Shown piece after piece: positions 1 to 9,454 of a stretch of DNA of 64,000 nt (positions within the stretch are counted from its first letter, which is position 1; each line of letters opens with the position of its first letter). The translations under genes and the position numbers were made by a program. The notes beneath the pieces were generated by a model. It was not told where the DNA came from and searched no databases. It saw only the letters and a list, made by a program, of their open reading frames with translations. The stretch comes from an uncultured Bacilli bacterium (GTDB lineage Bacteria > Bacillota_I > Bacilli_A > RF39 > UBA660): NCBI GenBank assembly GCA_934162195.1, contig CAKPHO010000001.1, forward strand, positions 81,281 to 145,280, given 5' to 3'.

Positions 1-423
1 AATTATTTCTTTTATATTTTCTTGTTTTACTCTATCAACTAAAGATTTTATGTTTATATCATCAGGTGTTATTCCGTCTAAAGGAGAAATAAGTCCGTTT
101 AAAACATGATATTTTCCTAAAAATGATTCCGTTCTTTCAAACATAATTATATTTTTAGGATATTCTACAACACATAAAACATCACTTTTACGATTTTTAT
201 CATTGCATATTTCACAAATGTCTTCTTCAGAAAAATTATTGCAAATTTTACATTTTTTGATTTTATTTTTTACATCTAGCAAAGATTTAGCAAAAAACTC
301 AACTTGATCTTTATCTTCTTCTATTATTGATAAAGCCATTCGTTCTGCTGACTTTTCACCAACACTAGGTAATTTTTTTAAACTATCTATTAAATTCTTT
401 ATACTTTTTGGATAATTATACAT
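1..423 (-). CDS. recR: Recombination protein RecR (partial; the C-terminus runs off the window start)
   Basis: My own minus-strand translation from ATG 423-421 gives MYNYPKSIKNLIDSLKKLPSVGEKSAERMALSIIEEDKDQVEFFAKSLLDVKNKIKKCKICNNFSEEDICEICNDKNRKSD. It has the HhH LPxxGxKSAxR motif and a C4 zinc finger. The start overlaps the ybaB stop (TAATG), and the dnaX-ybaB-recR order is canonical. Confidence 0.9.
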   Translation of the reverse strand, partial: MYNYPKSIKNLIDSLKKLPSVGEKSAERMALSIIEEDKDQVEFFAKSLLDVKNKIKKCKICNNFSEEDICEICNDKNRKSDVLCVVEYPKNIIMFERTESFLGKYHVLNGLISPLDGITPDDINIKSLVDRVKQENIKEII

Positions 424-719
424 TAAAATAAACCTGGCATTCCTTGGGTATATTTACCTAATTTTTCTTCTGTTTCTTTTTCTATTTGTTTTAAAGTATC
501 ATTAACTGCAACCATAATCATATCTTCTAACATTTCTATGTCATCATTTTCTATTGTATCGGCATCTATCTTTACCTCAATTATTTTTTTAGCTCCTGTC
601 ATTTTAATACTTACTAATGATGATTTTGATTCAAATACTTTATTGTTTATTTCATTCTGTGCTTCTAACATATCTTTTTGTAATTTTTGAGCTTGTTTCA
701 TTATAGCTTGCATATTCAT
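423..719 (-). CDS. ybaB: Nucleoid-associated protein YbaB/EbfC
   Basis: 98-aa ORF with a MNMQAIMKQAQKLQKDM N-terminus and a GMPGLF C-terminus typical of the family. It sits between dnaX and recR. Confidence 0.9.
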   Translation of the reverse strand: MNMQAIMKQAQKLQKDMLEAQNEINNKVFESKSSLVSIKMTGAKKIIEVKIDADTIENDDIEMLEDMIMVAVNDTLKQIEKETEEKLGKYTQGMPGLF

Positions 720-732
720 ATTATCTTTCCTC

Positions 733-2427
733 CTAATTATAGTTTATTGCATCACTAAACAATTTTTCTATTTCATTTTTATTTTCTTTTTTTAAAATTT
801 TAGTTATATTTTCTGTTTCTTCAATATACGTATATTGTTTGATATGTGAATTAAATTCTTTCTTAATTATTTCCCAGGAAATATTATCTGTTGAAATAAC
901 TTTGTAATTATGTTTAAATGCTTTAGCGATAATTTCTTCTATTTTTAAAATATTTTCATTAAATAAGTCGCTATCAGTTTCTGTATTAAATACATAAATA
1001 AGATAATCTCCACCCGCAGCTTTTAAATTACCATCTAAAATAATAGATACGTATTTACTATAATCTAAATTTATTAAAAGTGGCTTTAAATCATCTTCTA
1101 ATGATTTTACTTTTGTTAGTTCTTTTTTATTAAAATTTGCTAGGGTATTATTTATCCTTATTTCTTTTATCTGTTTTAATTCTTCTTTTATTTCTTGATT
1201 AATTTGTACGAATGAATTATCAATTTTATTTGATACACTCTCTTCTAATTTTAATTCATTTTTATTTTCTTGTTGTTTTACTTTCATCTCTTTTTTTGTA
1301 TCTTCTTTTGCTATATTTATTTTTTCTTGTTTATTTTGTGGTTTATCATAATTAAGCAACTTTAAGATCAATAATTCAAATTGCAATCTTTGCACTGTAC
1401 CTTTTTTTAAAATATATAAGTTTTGATTCATTGTATCTATTATATCAATTAATTCTAATTTTGATAATATTCCAGCCATGTTTTTATATATTTCAACATT
1501 ATAATTCGTATCAATCAAATATTGTGGGGCTTCTTCAACTATCAATACATTTTTGAAAAACAAAATTAATTCTTCTAATATTTTAGTAAAATTTTTACCT
1601 TTTTCATCAAAAATATCAATTTTTTTTAATACTTCATATACATTTTTATTTAAAATTTCTACTGCAAATTTAGATAATTCTTCTTGTGTCAGTGTTCCAT
1701 TAATTAAATGAACATCTTCTACGGTTATTTCATTTTGTGTAAAAGATGAAACTTGATCAAGAATACTTAACGAATCTCTCATTCCACCATCAGATAATCT
1801 TGCAATTTCTCTTATACTATCATCTGTTATTTTAATATTTTCTTTATTACAAATATCTTTTAACCTTTTAAAAATATAGTTATTACTTATTTTTTTAAAA
1901 TCAAAGCGCTGACATCTTGATAATATAGTTAATGGTATTTTTTGAGGTTCTGTCGTTGCTAATATAAAAATAGCGTGTTTAGGTGGTTCTTCTAACGTTT
2001 TTAATAAAGCATTAAAAGCTCCTGTAGTGAGCATGTGAACTTCATCAATTATGTAAATTTTATACTTACCTAAAGATGGAACTAAATTAACTTTATTACG
2101 TAATTCTCTTATTTCATCTACACCATTATTTGAAGCAGCATCTATTTCTATAACATCAACATGATTTTTATTGATATTTTGTGTACAGTTAACACAATTA
2201 TTACAAGCTACACCATTAATTAAATTTTCACAATTAACTGATTTTGCCAATATTTTTGCCACACTAGTTTTGCCTGTTCCTCTAGGTCCTGTGAATAAAT
2301 ATGCATGATTTATATTACCAAGTTTTAAAGAATTTAACAGTGTTTTCACTATTATATCTTGACCCACAACATCTGAAAAATCTATTGGTCTATATTTTCT
2401 GTATAATGCTTGATACATATTAATCAC
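733..2427 (-). CDS. dnaX: DNA polymerase III subunit gamma/tau
   Basis: 564 aa with clamp-loader AAA+ motifs: GPRGTGKTS (Walker A), IIDEVHML (Walker B), LSRCQRF (SRC) and the Cys-rich module CENLINGVACNNCVNC. Confidence 0.95.
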   Translation of the reverse strand: MINMYQALYRKYRPIDFSDVVGQDIIVKTLLNSLKLGNINHAYLFTGPRGTGKTSVAKILAKSVNCENLINGVACNNCVNCTQNINKNHVDVIEIDAASNNGVDEIRELRNKVNLVPSLGKYKIYIIDEVHMLTTGAFNALLKTLEEPPKHAIFILATTEPQKIPLTILSRCQRFDFKKISNNYIFKRLKDICNKENIKITDDSIREIARLSDGGMRDSLSILDQVSSFTQNEITVEDVHLINGTLTQEELSKFAVEILNKNVYEVLKKIDIFDEKGKNFTKILEELILFFKNVLIVEEAPQYLIDTNYNVEIYKNMAGILSKLELIDIIDTMNQNLYILKKGTVQRLQFELLILKLLNYDKPQNKQEKINIAKEDTKKEMKVKQQENKNELKLEESVSNKIDNSFVQINQEIKEELKQIKEIRINNTLANFNKKELTKVKSLEDDLKPLLINLDYSKYVSIILDGNLKAAGGDYLIYVFNTETDSDLFNENILKIEEIIAKAFKHNYKVISTDNISWEIIKKEFNSHIKQYTYIEETENITKILKKENKNEIEKLFSDAINYN

Positions 2428-2471
2428 CTCTTTTTTTATTATATCATTTTGGGTATTATTTTTTAATTATT

Positions 2472-2891
2472 TTATCTCTTTTCTTTAAAAAAAGATTTTA
2501 TACAATCAATATATTCATTTGATATTTTACATTCGCAAATGTCTAATTTTGATTCTATATTATATTTACTTTTAAATCCAAAATTCATATTTTTTAATCC
2601 ATAATTAATCTTGCTTATTCGCGATTGTTCTATTGCTCCATAACACATTAAACAAGGTTCCATTGTTGTATAGATTTCGCACCCGTCTAAATGCCATGTT
2701 TTTAATTTTTTACATGCTTTTTCTATAGCTATAATTTCAGCATGTTTAGTTGTTATTTTTTTATTTTCTTTTTTATTGTAAGCTTTAGATATAATTTTTC
2801 CATTTTTAACAATAACAGAACCTATAGGTACTTCTTGTTTTTTATAGGCTTTTATTGCTTGATTTAAGGCTATATTCATATATTCATTCAT
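2472..2891 (-). CDS. tadA: tRNA-specific adenosine deaminase
   Basis: Deaminase zinc motifs HAE and PCLMC. I place the start at ATG 2891-2889 behind a GGTGA RBS. The 11 extra N-terminal codons in the ORF track (MFHVEHFEGDK) are the parS palindrome read as protein. Confidence 0.85.
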   Translation of the reverse strand: MNEYMNIALNQAIKAYKKQEVPIGSVIVKNGKIISKAYNKKENKKITTKHAEIIAIEKACKKLKTWHLDGCEIYTTMEPCLMCYGAIEQSRISKINYGLKNMNFGFKSKYNIESKLDICECKISNEYIDCIKSFFKEKR

Positions 2892-2907
2892 TTTATCACC
2901 TTCAAAA

Positions 2908-2923
2908 TGTTCCACGTGGAACA
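2908..2923. promoter_or_regulatory. parS site 1 (ParB/Spo0J centromere-like palindrome)
   Basis: TGTTCCACGTGGAACA read directly. It matches the Bacillus parS consensus TGTTNCACGTGAAACA with one mismatch, which makes it a perfect palindrome. Confidence 0.85.
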
Positions 2924-2942
2924 TAGTTTTTGTTTTTTATAA

Positions 2943-2958
2943 TGTTTCACGTGAAACA
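2943..2958. promoter_or_regulatory. parS site 2
   Basis: TGTTTCACGTGAAACA, a perfect palindrome and an exact consensus match. It lies immediately downstream of the SRP RNA U-tail. Confidence 0.9.
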
Positions 2959-2969
2959 TTATAAAAAAA

Positions 2970-3042
2970 GCACACACATTTAGAGGATCTTAAGGCTGCT
3001 ATTTTCCAATTCTGACCTGGTTCAAACATAAATGTTGTGCAC
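2970..3042 (-). ncRNA. ffs: Signal recognition particle RNA, small (4.5S/Mollicute-like) type
   Basis: The minus-strand RNA is GUGCACAACAUUUAUGUUUGAACCAGGUCAGAAUUGGAAAAUAGCAGCCUUAAGAUCCUCUAAAUGUGUGUGC followed by U7. It has the conserved SRP domain IV (CCAGGUCAG .. GGAA tetraloop .. AGCAGCC) closed by a ~13-bp terminal helix. Its position next to tadA/dnaX matches B. subtilis scr. Ends are approximate (+-5 nt). Confidence 0.8.
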
Positions 3043-3119
3043 TAATAATATATTATATTTTTAATCTTTTTTCAACATTATATAACCTAATTTATAATTA
3101 AATTAAAAATAACCACATA

Positions 3120-3135
3120 TGTTTCATGTAAAATA
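3120..3135. promoter_or_regulatory. Degenerate parS-like site
   Basis: TGTTTCATGTAAAATA matches the perfect parS palindrome at 13 of 16 positions. The left half-site is intact and the right half-site has decayed. Confidence 0.4.
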
Positions 3136-3156
3136 TATTTAATAACTTATAAATTT

Positions 3157-3172
3157 TATTTCCCGGGAAATA
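3157..3172. promoter_or_regulatory. Noc-binding site (NBS) palindrome 1
   Basis: TATTTCCCGGGAAATA read directly. It is identical to the 16-bp NBS (core ATTTCCCGGGAAAT) described for B. subtilis Noc. The CCCGGG core is conspicuous in DNA this AT-rich. Confidence 0.8.
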
Positions 3173-3190
3173 GTTCTACAGAAAAAAGAA

Positions 3191-3206
3191 TGTTTCACGT
3201 GGAACA
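3191..3206. promoter_or_regulatory. parS site 3
   Basis: TGTTTCACGTGGAACA, which matches every specified position of the parS consensus TGTTNCACGTGNAACA. It lies 5 bp from the gyrA stop codon. Confidence 0.85.
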
Positions 3207-3211
3207 TTCTT

Positions 3212-5674
3212 TTATTGTTCAATTGCTTGTTCTGTAGCATCTTCGTTTTCAACGTTATCTTCTTTTTTTAATATTGATATATTTCCAACCTTTTGATTAT
3301 CCTTTAAATTTATTAATCTTACACCTTGAGCTACTCTACCTGTATTAGATACTTGCGTTAAATTTAAGCGTATAATTATTCCAGAATTAGTTACGATCAT
3401 TAAGTCCTCATCACCTTCAACCATTCTGAAAGCAACTATATTACCGTTTTTTTCTGTTATATTTAAGGCTTTTACACCTTTACTACCACGATGTGTCATT
3501 CTGTATTCATCTATGTTAGTTTTCTTTCCATATCCATTTTCAGTAACTATTAATACGTTTTTATTTGGATCAGAAACTTCACATCCAACGGCTTTTCCAT
3601 CATCAACTTCAATTCCTTTAACACCAGCAGCACTTCTACCCATAACTCTGATTTCATCTTCTTTAAATCTGATCATTCTTCCGTTGGAAGATGCTATTAA
3701 AATTTGGTTATCTCCAGTAGTTTTCTTAACATCTAATAATTCATCATCTTCTTTTAATGTTATTGCAAACTTACCATTTGATCTAATACTGTCAAATTCT
3801 TCAAGTTTAGTTCTCTTAACTAAACCAGTTTGTGTACAAAATACAATATATTTGGATTCGTCGTTATTTTCTATCTTTAACATAGCCTTAACAACTTCTT
3901 CTTTTTCTATTGGTAATAAATTAATTATTGGAATTCCTTTTGATTGTCTATTAAACAAAGGAATTTCATAACCTTTTAATCTATATACTTTTCCTTTGTT
4001 TGTAAAGAATAATATATAATCATGAGTTGTCATAGAAAGTAAATATTGTACAAAATCTTCTTCATTTGTAGACATTCCTTTAATTCCAACTCCACCCCTA
4101 TTTTGTGATTTAAAATTATCACTTAATACACGTTTTATATATCCTTTGTTTGTCAAAGTAATTACAATATCTTCAACTGGAATTAATGATTCATCTTCTA
4201 TATAATCTATTGCTGTCATATCAATTTTTGTTCTTCTATCATCGCTGTATTTATTTTTAATTTCGGTTAATTCTAACTTAATTATATCTAAAACTTTTTG
4301 TTCAGATCCTAAAATTGCTTTTAATTCCTTAATACGTTCTAATAAATCGTTTAATTCATTTTCAATCTTATCTTTTTCTAAACCAGTTAATCTTCTTAAT
4401 TTCATTTCTAAAATAGCTTCACACTGAATTTCATCTAAAGGAAATTTAGACATTAACTGTTCTTTAGCTATATCATCTGTCTTTGATGCTTTAATTATCT
4501 TAATAACTTCATCAATATTATCTAGAGCTACTTTTAAACCTTCTAAAATATGAACTCTCGCTTCACATTTATTCAAATCAAATCTTGTTCTTCTTATAAT
4601 AATTTCTTTTTGATAATCAATATATTTAGTTATAATATCTTTAAGTCCTAGTGTTTTTGGAACACCATTATCAAGCATTAAGAATATAATTCCATAATTT
4701 GTTTGAAATTGAGTATGCTTATAAAGATTATTTAAGACAACTTGTGGATTTGCATCTCTTTTTAGTGTAATAGTTATTTTAATACCATCTTTTAAATCAG
4801 TATGATAATCAGAAATACCATCAATTGTTTTATTATGTACTAATTCTGCAACTTTGTTTTTTAATTCCATTGTATTAACACCATATGGAACTTCATCAAT
4901 TACTATGTAATTTTTACCATCTTTCTCTTCTATAGTAGCCTTACTTCTTATTGTGATAGTGCCACGGCCTGTTTCATAAGCCTTTTTAATACCGCTATTA
5001 CCTAAAATTATTCCACCGGTAGGAAAATCTGGTCCTTTTATATATTCCATCAAACCTAAAGTATCAATATCTGGATTATCAATATAAGCAATACATCCAT
5101 CTATAACTTCTCCTAAATTATGTGGTGGAATATTAGTAGCCATACCTACCGCAATACCCATTGTTCCATTAACTAATATATTTGGAAATCTTGATGGTAA
5201 TATTGAAGGTTCTTTTTCTGATTCGTCAAAGTTTGGAATAAAATTAACGGTATCTTTATTAATATCTCTTAATAATTCCAATGATATTTTTGATAATCTA
5301 GACTCTGTATAACGCATTGCAGCTGCACCATATCCTTCGATATTACCAAAATTACCATGCCCATCCACTAACATATGACGATAATTAAAATCTTGAGCCA
5401 TTCTTACCATTGCTTCGTATATTGAAGAATCTCCATGTGGATGATATTTTCCCATTACATCTCCAACTATACGAGCTGATTTTTTATGAGGCTTGTCTGG
5501 TGTGTATCCAGATTCATACATTGACCATAAAATTCTACGATGAACTGGCTTTAAACCGTCACGTAAATCTGGTAAAGCTCGTGATACTATTACACTCATA
5601 GAATACTCTAAAAATGATGATTTTACCTCTTCTACTATATTATTTTCTTCTAATCTATCTCTACTATGATCCAT
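3212..5674 (-). CDS. gyrA: DNA gyrase subunit A
   Basis: 820 aa with the quinolone-region motif [15 protein letters not shown] and the catalytic-tyrosine motif AAMRYTE. It follows gyrB. Confidence 0.97.
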   Translation of the reverse strand: MDHSRDRLEENNIVEEVKSSFLEYSMSVIVSRALPDLRDGLKPVHRRILWSMYESGYTPDKPHKKSARIVGDVMGKYHPHGDSSIYEAMVRMAQDFNYRHMLVDGHGNFGNIEGYGAAAMRYTESRLSKISLELLRDINKDTVNFIPNFDESEKEPSILPSRFPNILVNGTMGIAVGMATNIPPHNLGEVIDGCIAYIDNPDIDTLGLMEYIKGPDFPTGGIILGNSGIKKAYETGRGTITIRSKATIEEKDGKNYIVIDEVPYGVNTMELKNKVAELVHNKTIDGISDYHTDLKDGIKITITLKRDANPQVVLNNLYKHTQFQTNYGIIFLMLDNGVPKTLGLKDIITKYIDYQKEIIIRRTRFDLNKCEARVHILEGLKVALDNIDEVIKIIKASKTDDIAKEQLMSKFPLDEIQCEAILEMKLRRLTGLEKDKIENELNDLLERIKELKAILGSEQKVLDIIKLELTEIKNKYSDDRRTKIDMTAIDYIEDESLIPVEDIVITLTNKGYIKRVLSDNFKSQNRGGVGIKGMSTNEEDFVQYLLSMTTHDYILFFTNKGKVYRLKGYEIPLFNRQSKGIPIINLLPIEKEEVVKAMLKIENNDESKYIVFCTQTGLVKRTKLEEFDSIRSNGKFAITLKEDDELLDVKKTTGDNQILIASSNGRMIRFKEDEIRVMGRSAAGVKGIEVDDGKAVGCEVSDPNKNVLIVTENGYGKKTNIDEYRMTHRGSKGVKALNITEKNGNIVAFRMVEGDEDLMIVTNSGIIIRLNLTQVSNTGRVAQGVRLINLKDNQKVGNISILKKEDNVENEDATEQAIEQ

Positions 5675-5686
5675 ATACTACACCTC

Positions 5687-7612
5687 CTATATATCCAAAT
5701 TTTCTACATATACTGCATTATTTTCTATAAATTCTTTTCTTGGTTCTACTTCATCACCCATTAATTTAGAGAATACTTCATCTGCAGCTATTAAATCATC
5801 TACAGTTATTTTTCTTAATATTCTTGTATTTATATCCATTGTTGTTTCATTCAATTCTTCTGCATCCATTTCTCCTAAACCTTTCATACGAGCTATATCA
5901 TATTTTGTATTAGGATTTAATGAAGCTAAATAAGAATCTCTTTCTTCTTCATTTAAAACATATTTAATTGTTTTTCCATGTTTTATACAAAATAACGGTG
6001 GTTGAGCTGCATATACATGTCCCGCTTCTACTATTGGTCTAAAAAATCTATAAAATAATGTTAATAATAATACTCTAATATGTGATCCATCAACATCGGC
6101 ATCGGTCATTATTATTATTTTATGATATCTTAACTTACTTAAATCAAATTCATTTCCTATACCTGTGCCAAAAGCTGTTATAATTGTTCTTATTTCTTCA
6201 TTTGATAAAGCTCTATCTAATCTAGCTTTTTCTACATTAAGTATTTTTCCTCTTAAAGGTAAAATAGCTTGAGTCATTGAGTTTCTACCTTTAATAGCAG
6301 ATCCTCCTGCGGAATCTCCCTCGACTAAAAATATTTCACATAATTTAGGATCTTTATCCTTACAATCAACCAATTTTCCACCAAAATTAACAACATCTAA
6401 ATCACTTTTTCTTCTTGTTAATTCTCTTGCTTTTTTTGCTGCTACTCTAGCACGCGCTGCTGTCATTGTTTTTTCTATTATTAATTTGGCTTCATCTGGA
6501 TTTTCCATTAAAAATCTTTCAAACCCCGCAGAAAAAACATTATCAGCAAGCTTTCTTACTTCAGAATTTCCTAATCTTCCCTTTGTTTGTCCTTCAAATT
6601 GTGGATTAGGATGTTTACAAGAAACGATCATTGTTAAACCTTCTTTAACATCATCACCAGTTAAAGAATCATCTTTTTCCTTTAAAAAATTATTTTTTCT
6701 TGCATAATTATTTATTATACGAGTTAAAGCTCTCCTAACTCCTTCTTCATGGGTACCACCATCGTGAGTATTAATATTATTAACAAATGAATAAATACTA
6801 TCGGTGTAACCAGAATTATATTGCATAGCTACTTCAAACATAACACCATCATCTTCACCTTCTAAGTGAATTATTTGTTCATGAATTGGTGTTTTATTTC
6901 TATTTAAATATCTTACATATTCACTTATTCCACCTTCATAATGGAACACCTCTCCAGTTGTATCTTCATCATCTCTATCATCTCTTAATGTTAATTTTAA
7001 ACCTTTATTTAAAAAAGCTAATTCTCTAGTTCTTGTTTTTAATGTCTCATAATCATATATATCAGTATCAAAAATTTCTGGATCCGGTTTAAATGAAACT
7101 GTTGTTCCTGTTCTATTTGGATCACAATCACCTATAACGGTTAATTTTTGAACGATTTTTCCTCCATCAGCAAACTTTGCCTCGTATATTTTTGAATCCT
7201 TGTAAACTGTTACTGTTACCCATTTAGATAAAGCATTAACAACACTAGCACCTACTCCATGAAGACCTCCAGATACTTTATATCCGCCTCCACCAAATTT
7301 TCCTCCAGCGTGTAATACTGTATAAACTGTTTCTACTGTGGATAAGCCTGTTTTAGGATGTACTCCAACAGGAATACCTCTACCATTATCTTTAACTGTA
7401 ATAGAATTATCTTTATTAATTATTATTTCAATATTATTACAATAACCTGCTAAAGCTTCATCTATAGAGTTATCTACTATTTCCCATACTAAATGATGCA
7501 ATCCCTTTACATCTGTTGTTCCTATATACATTCCAGGACGTTTTCTAACTGCTTCTAATCCTTCTAATACTTGAATATCAGATGCATCATAATGTTGATT
7601 ATTTTGTTCCAT
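5687..7612 (-). CDS. gyrB: DNA gyrase subunit B
   Basis: 641 aa with GHKL ATPase motifs ([32 protein letters not shown]), Toprim EGDSAGG and [10 protein letters not shown]. Confidence 0.97.
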   Translation of the reverse strand: MEQNNQHYDASDIQVLEGLEAVRKRPGMYIGTTDVKGLHHLVWEIVDNSIDEALAGYCNNIEIIINKDNSITVKDNGRGIPVGVHPKTGLSTVETVYTVLHAGGKFGGGGYKVSGGLHGVGASVVNALSKWVTVTVYKDSKIYEAKFADGGKIVQKLTVIGDCDPNRTGTTVSFKPDPEIFDTDIYDYETLKTRTRELAFLNKGLKLTLRDDRDDEDTTGEVFHYEGGISEYVRYLNRNKTPIHEQIIHLEGEDDGVMFEVAMQYNSGYTDSIYSFVNNINTHDGGTHEEGVRRALTRIINNYARKNNFLKEKDDSLTGDDVKEGLTMIVSCKHPNPQFEGQTKGRLGNSEVRKLADNVFSAGFERFLMENPDEAKLIIEKTMTAARARVAAKKARELTRRKSDLDVVNFGGKLVDCKDKDPKLCEIFLVEGDSAGGSAIKGRNSMTQAILPLRGKILNVEKARLDRALSNEEIRTIITAFGTGIGNEFDLSKLRYHKIIIMTDADVDGSHIRVLLLTLFYRFFRPIVEAGHVYAAQPPLFCIKHGKTIKYVLNEEERDSYLASLNPNTKYDIARMKGLGEMDAEELNETTMDINTRILRKITVDDLIAADEVFSKLMGDEVEPRKEFIENNAVYVENLDI

Positions 7613-7613
7613 T

Positions 7614-8726
7614 TTATTCCACCTCTTCTATTTTTCCACCATTTATCTTAATTAGATTGGATTTATTAATTAAATTTTCATCTAAATTTGATAAATCTGT
7701 TGTTGTTATTATTGTTTGAATTTCGTTATTAATATAATTTAATAAACTATTTTTTTTATTATTGTCTAATTCACTAAATACATCATCTAAAAGTAATATA
7801 GGTTTTGTCTGTTTAAAATCATTAAAAATATTTATTTCAGATAATTTAAATACCAAAACACCTAATCTTTGTTGTCCTTGCGAACCATACAATTTTAAAT
7901 TTTTACTTTCATATATAAATTCAAGATCATCTTTTTGTGGTCCTAATAAAGTAATTTTATATTTTTTATCTCTATATAAATTCTTTTTATATTCCTCTTT
8001 TATTTTAGTTTTAATATCTTCATCATTAAAATTTAAATGATCAAAATTAGTTTTATATACAATTTCATAATCATCATTATTATATATTTTTTTACTTATA
8101 AGCTTACTATATTGGTTAATTTTTGAGATATATTTTTTTCGCATTTTATATATATATATACTTTTATCGATTAAATGGTCTGTTATTATATCAAAATAAT
8201 TTTCATCAAAATCAATTCTATCGACATATTTTTTCAAATAATCATTTCTTATTTTCAATAGTTTATTATAGTCACTTATATTTTTAAAATATATACTTGA
8301 TAACTGACTTAATTGAATATTCAAATATCTTCTTCTTACTTCTGGGTTACCTTTTATTAAATTCAAATCATCGGGATAAAAGAAAATTGTATTAATATTA
8401 GATATATAATCGCTAATTTTATTAATTTTATCATCATTTATTTTTAATAGTTTCTTATGATTTACTAATTCTATAGAATATTTATTACTCAAATCATTAT
8501 CTCTGATAATACCTTCAACAAATAAACTATCTTCCCCATTCTTTATTAAATTATTATCCAAAAAAGAATGATGAGATTTAGTTACTGATAAATAATATAT
8601 CGATTCTAATAAATTTGTTTTTCCTTGAGCATTATTTCCATAGATAATATTAATACCGGGAGTAAAATCTAAAACTAGTTTTTCATAATTTCTAAAATTA
8701 TGTAATTTTATATTACTTAAATACAT
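7614..8726 (-). CDS. recF: DNA replication and repair protein RecF
   Basis: 370 aa with Walker [10 protein letters not shown] and Walker [12 protein letters not shown]. The stop abuts the gyrB start codon. Confidence 0.93.
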   Translation of the reverse strand: MYLSNIKLHNFRNYEKLVLDFTPGINIIYGNNAQGKTNLLESIYYLSVTKSHHSFLDNNLIKNGEDSLFVEGIIRDNDLSNKYSIELVNHKKLLKINDDKINKISDYISNINTIFFYPDDLNLIKGNPEVRRRYLNIQLSQLSSIYFKNISDYNKLLKIRNDYLKKYVDRIDFDENYFDIITDHLIDKSIYIYKMRKKYISKINQYSKLISKKIYNNDDYEIVYKTNFDHLNFNDEDIKTKIKEEYKKNLYRDKKYKITLLGPQKDDLEFIYESKNLKLYGSQGQQRLGVLVFKLSEINIFNDFKQTKPILLLDDVFSELDNNKKNSLLNYINNEIQTIITTTDLSNLDENLINKSNLIKINGGKIEEVE

Positions 8727-8833
8727 ATAACACCCCTGTTTTTGATATTTTTAAGGCTGTAGAAGAAAAAAAGTATATTTTTAATATTCCTATACATCAT
8801 ATATATTATATCATAAATTTGATAATAAAAAGC

Positions 8834-8862
8834 AAAAAAATAGGCTTTTTTGCCTATTTTTT
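8834..8862. terminator. Bidirectional intrinsic terminator after the comK-like gene
   Basis: AAAAAAATAGGC-TTTTTT-GCCTATTTTTT: a stem flanked by an A-run and a T-run. Confidence 0.7.
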
Positions 8863-8867
8863 AATAA

Positions 8868-9317
8868 TTACTGATTTTTTCTATTTCTTAAAATTGATTC
8901 CAATCTTGATGCACGTAAAATTTGACTTTCTAATGAAAAAATTGAAATACTAAAATTAACTATGCTGTCATTTTTAAATATAATATCAGAACCTTCATTA
9001 TTTCTTAAATAAGTCTTTAAATTATTTAATGAAACCCAAGAACAATTTATTAATCTTGGAGATGTTGTAGGAAAAAAGATTATATTTTTACTTTCTTCTA
9101 TTATTATTGGTAATTTATAATTCATACCTATCATATTTTTTGTTCCTTCATATCTTCCTTGATACGTACTACCATAATAATTACAACTATCGTCAATTAT
9201 TTCAAAACAAGGTTTATTGACAATATATTCATTATCTAACTCAATAATTTTTGATGTATATTCATCAATTGGCATAACAGCTAGTGTACCACTATTTATT
9301 TCATAATTTTCTAACAT
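8868..9317 (-). CDS. ComK-family competence transcription factor-like protein
   Basis: 149 aa. From memory of B. subtilis ComK it is similar along its whole length: EINSGTLAVMP ~ EVNGATIAVLP; SCNYYGSTYQGR ~ SCRFFGSSYAGR; IFFPTTSPRLINCSWVSL ~ IFLFPTLSSTRPQCGWIS. It is shorter than Bsu ComK at the C-terminus. Confidence 0.7.
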   Translation of the reverse strand: MLENYEINSGTLAVMPIDEYTSKIIELDNEYIVNKPCFEIIDDSCNYYGSTYQGRYEGTKNMIGMNYKLPIIIEESKNIIFFPTTSPRLINCSWVSLNNLKTYLRNNEGSDIIFKNDSIVNFSISIFSLESQILRASRLESILRNRKNQ

Positions 9318-9339
9318 AAATTCACCTCCCTCTACTTAT

Positions 9340-9364
9340 AAATTTCCACAAAAATTGGAAATTT
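9340..9364. repeat. Perfect 9-bp inverted repeat in the comK-like leader
   Basis: AAATTTCCA-N7-TGGAAATTT. It overlaps the 10-bp palindrome GGAAATTTCC (9357-9366) and lies between the putative promoter and the RBS. Confidence 0.6.
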
Positions 9365-9386
9365 CCTTTCTTATACTCTAATTTTT

Positions 9387-9413
9387 TGTCATTTTTTGTC
9401 GAAATTTGTCAAA
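9387..9413. promoter_or_regulatory. Three phased Spo0A-box-like repeats upstream of the comK-like gene
   Basis: TGTCATT (9387), TGTCGAA (9397) and TGTCAAA (9407) start exactly 10 bp apart. The middle one matches the 0A box TGNCGAA exactly, and two of the three fit the extended form TTTGTCRAA. Confidence 0.45.
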
Positions 9414-9454
9414 AAAAAGAAAAAATTGCACTTTTTTCAATTTTTTCTCTCTTT

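Noticed and set aside
2892-2924. N-terminal extension MFHVEHFEGDK on the ORF-track tadA call
   Set aside because: These codons are the parS-1 palindrome (TGTTCCACGTGGAACA) read as protein. A properly spaced GGTGA RBS precedes the internal ATG at 2891. The same FHVEH/FHVKH artefact arises wherever parS is translated.
3513-3971. 152-aa plus-strand ORF inside gyrA, and similar antisense ORFs at 5410-5601, 6486-6707, 7762-8040 and 11153-11431
   Set aside because: They lie antisense within highly conserved essential genes. The translations are low-complexity and rich in S, L, F and I, as expected from the reverse frame of AT-rich coding DNA. None has an RBS.
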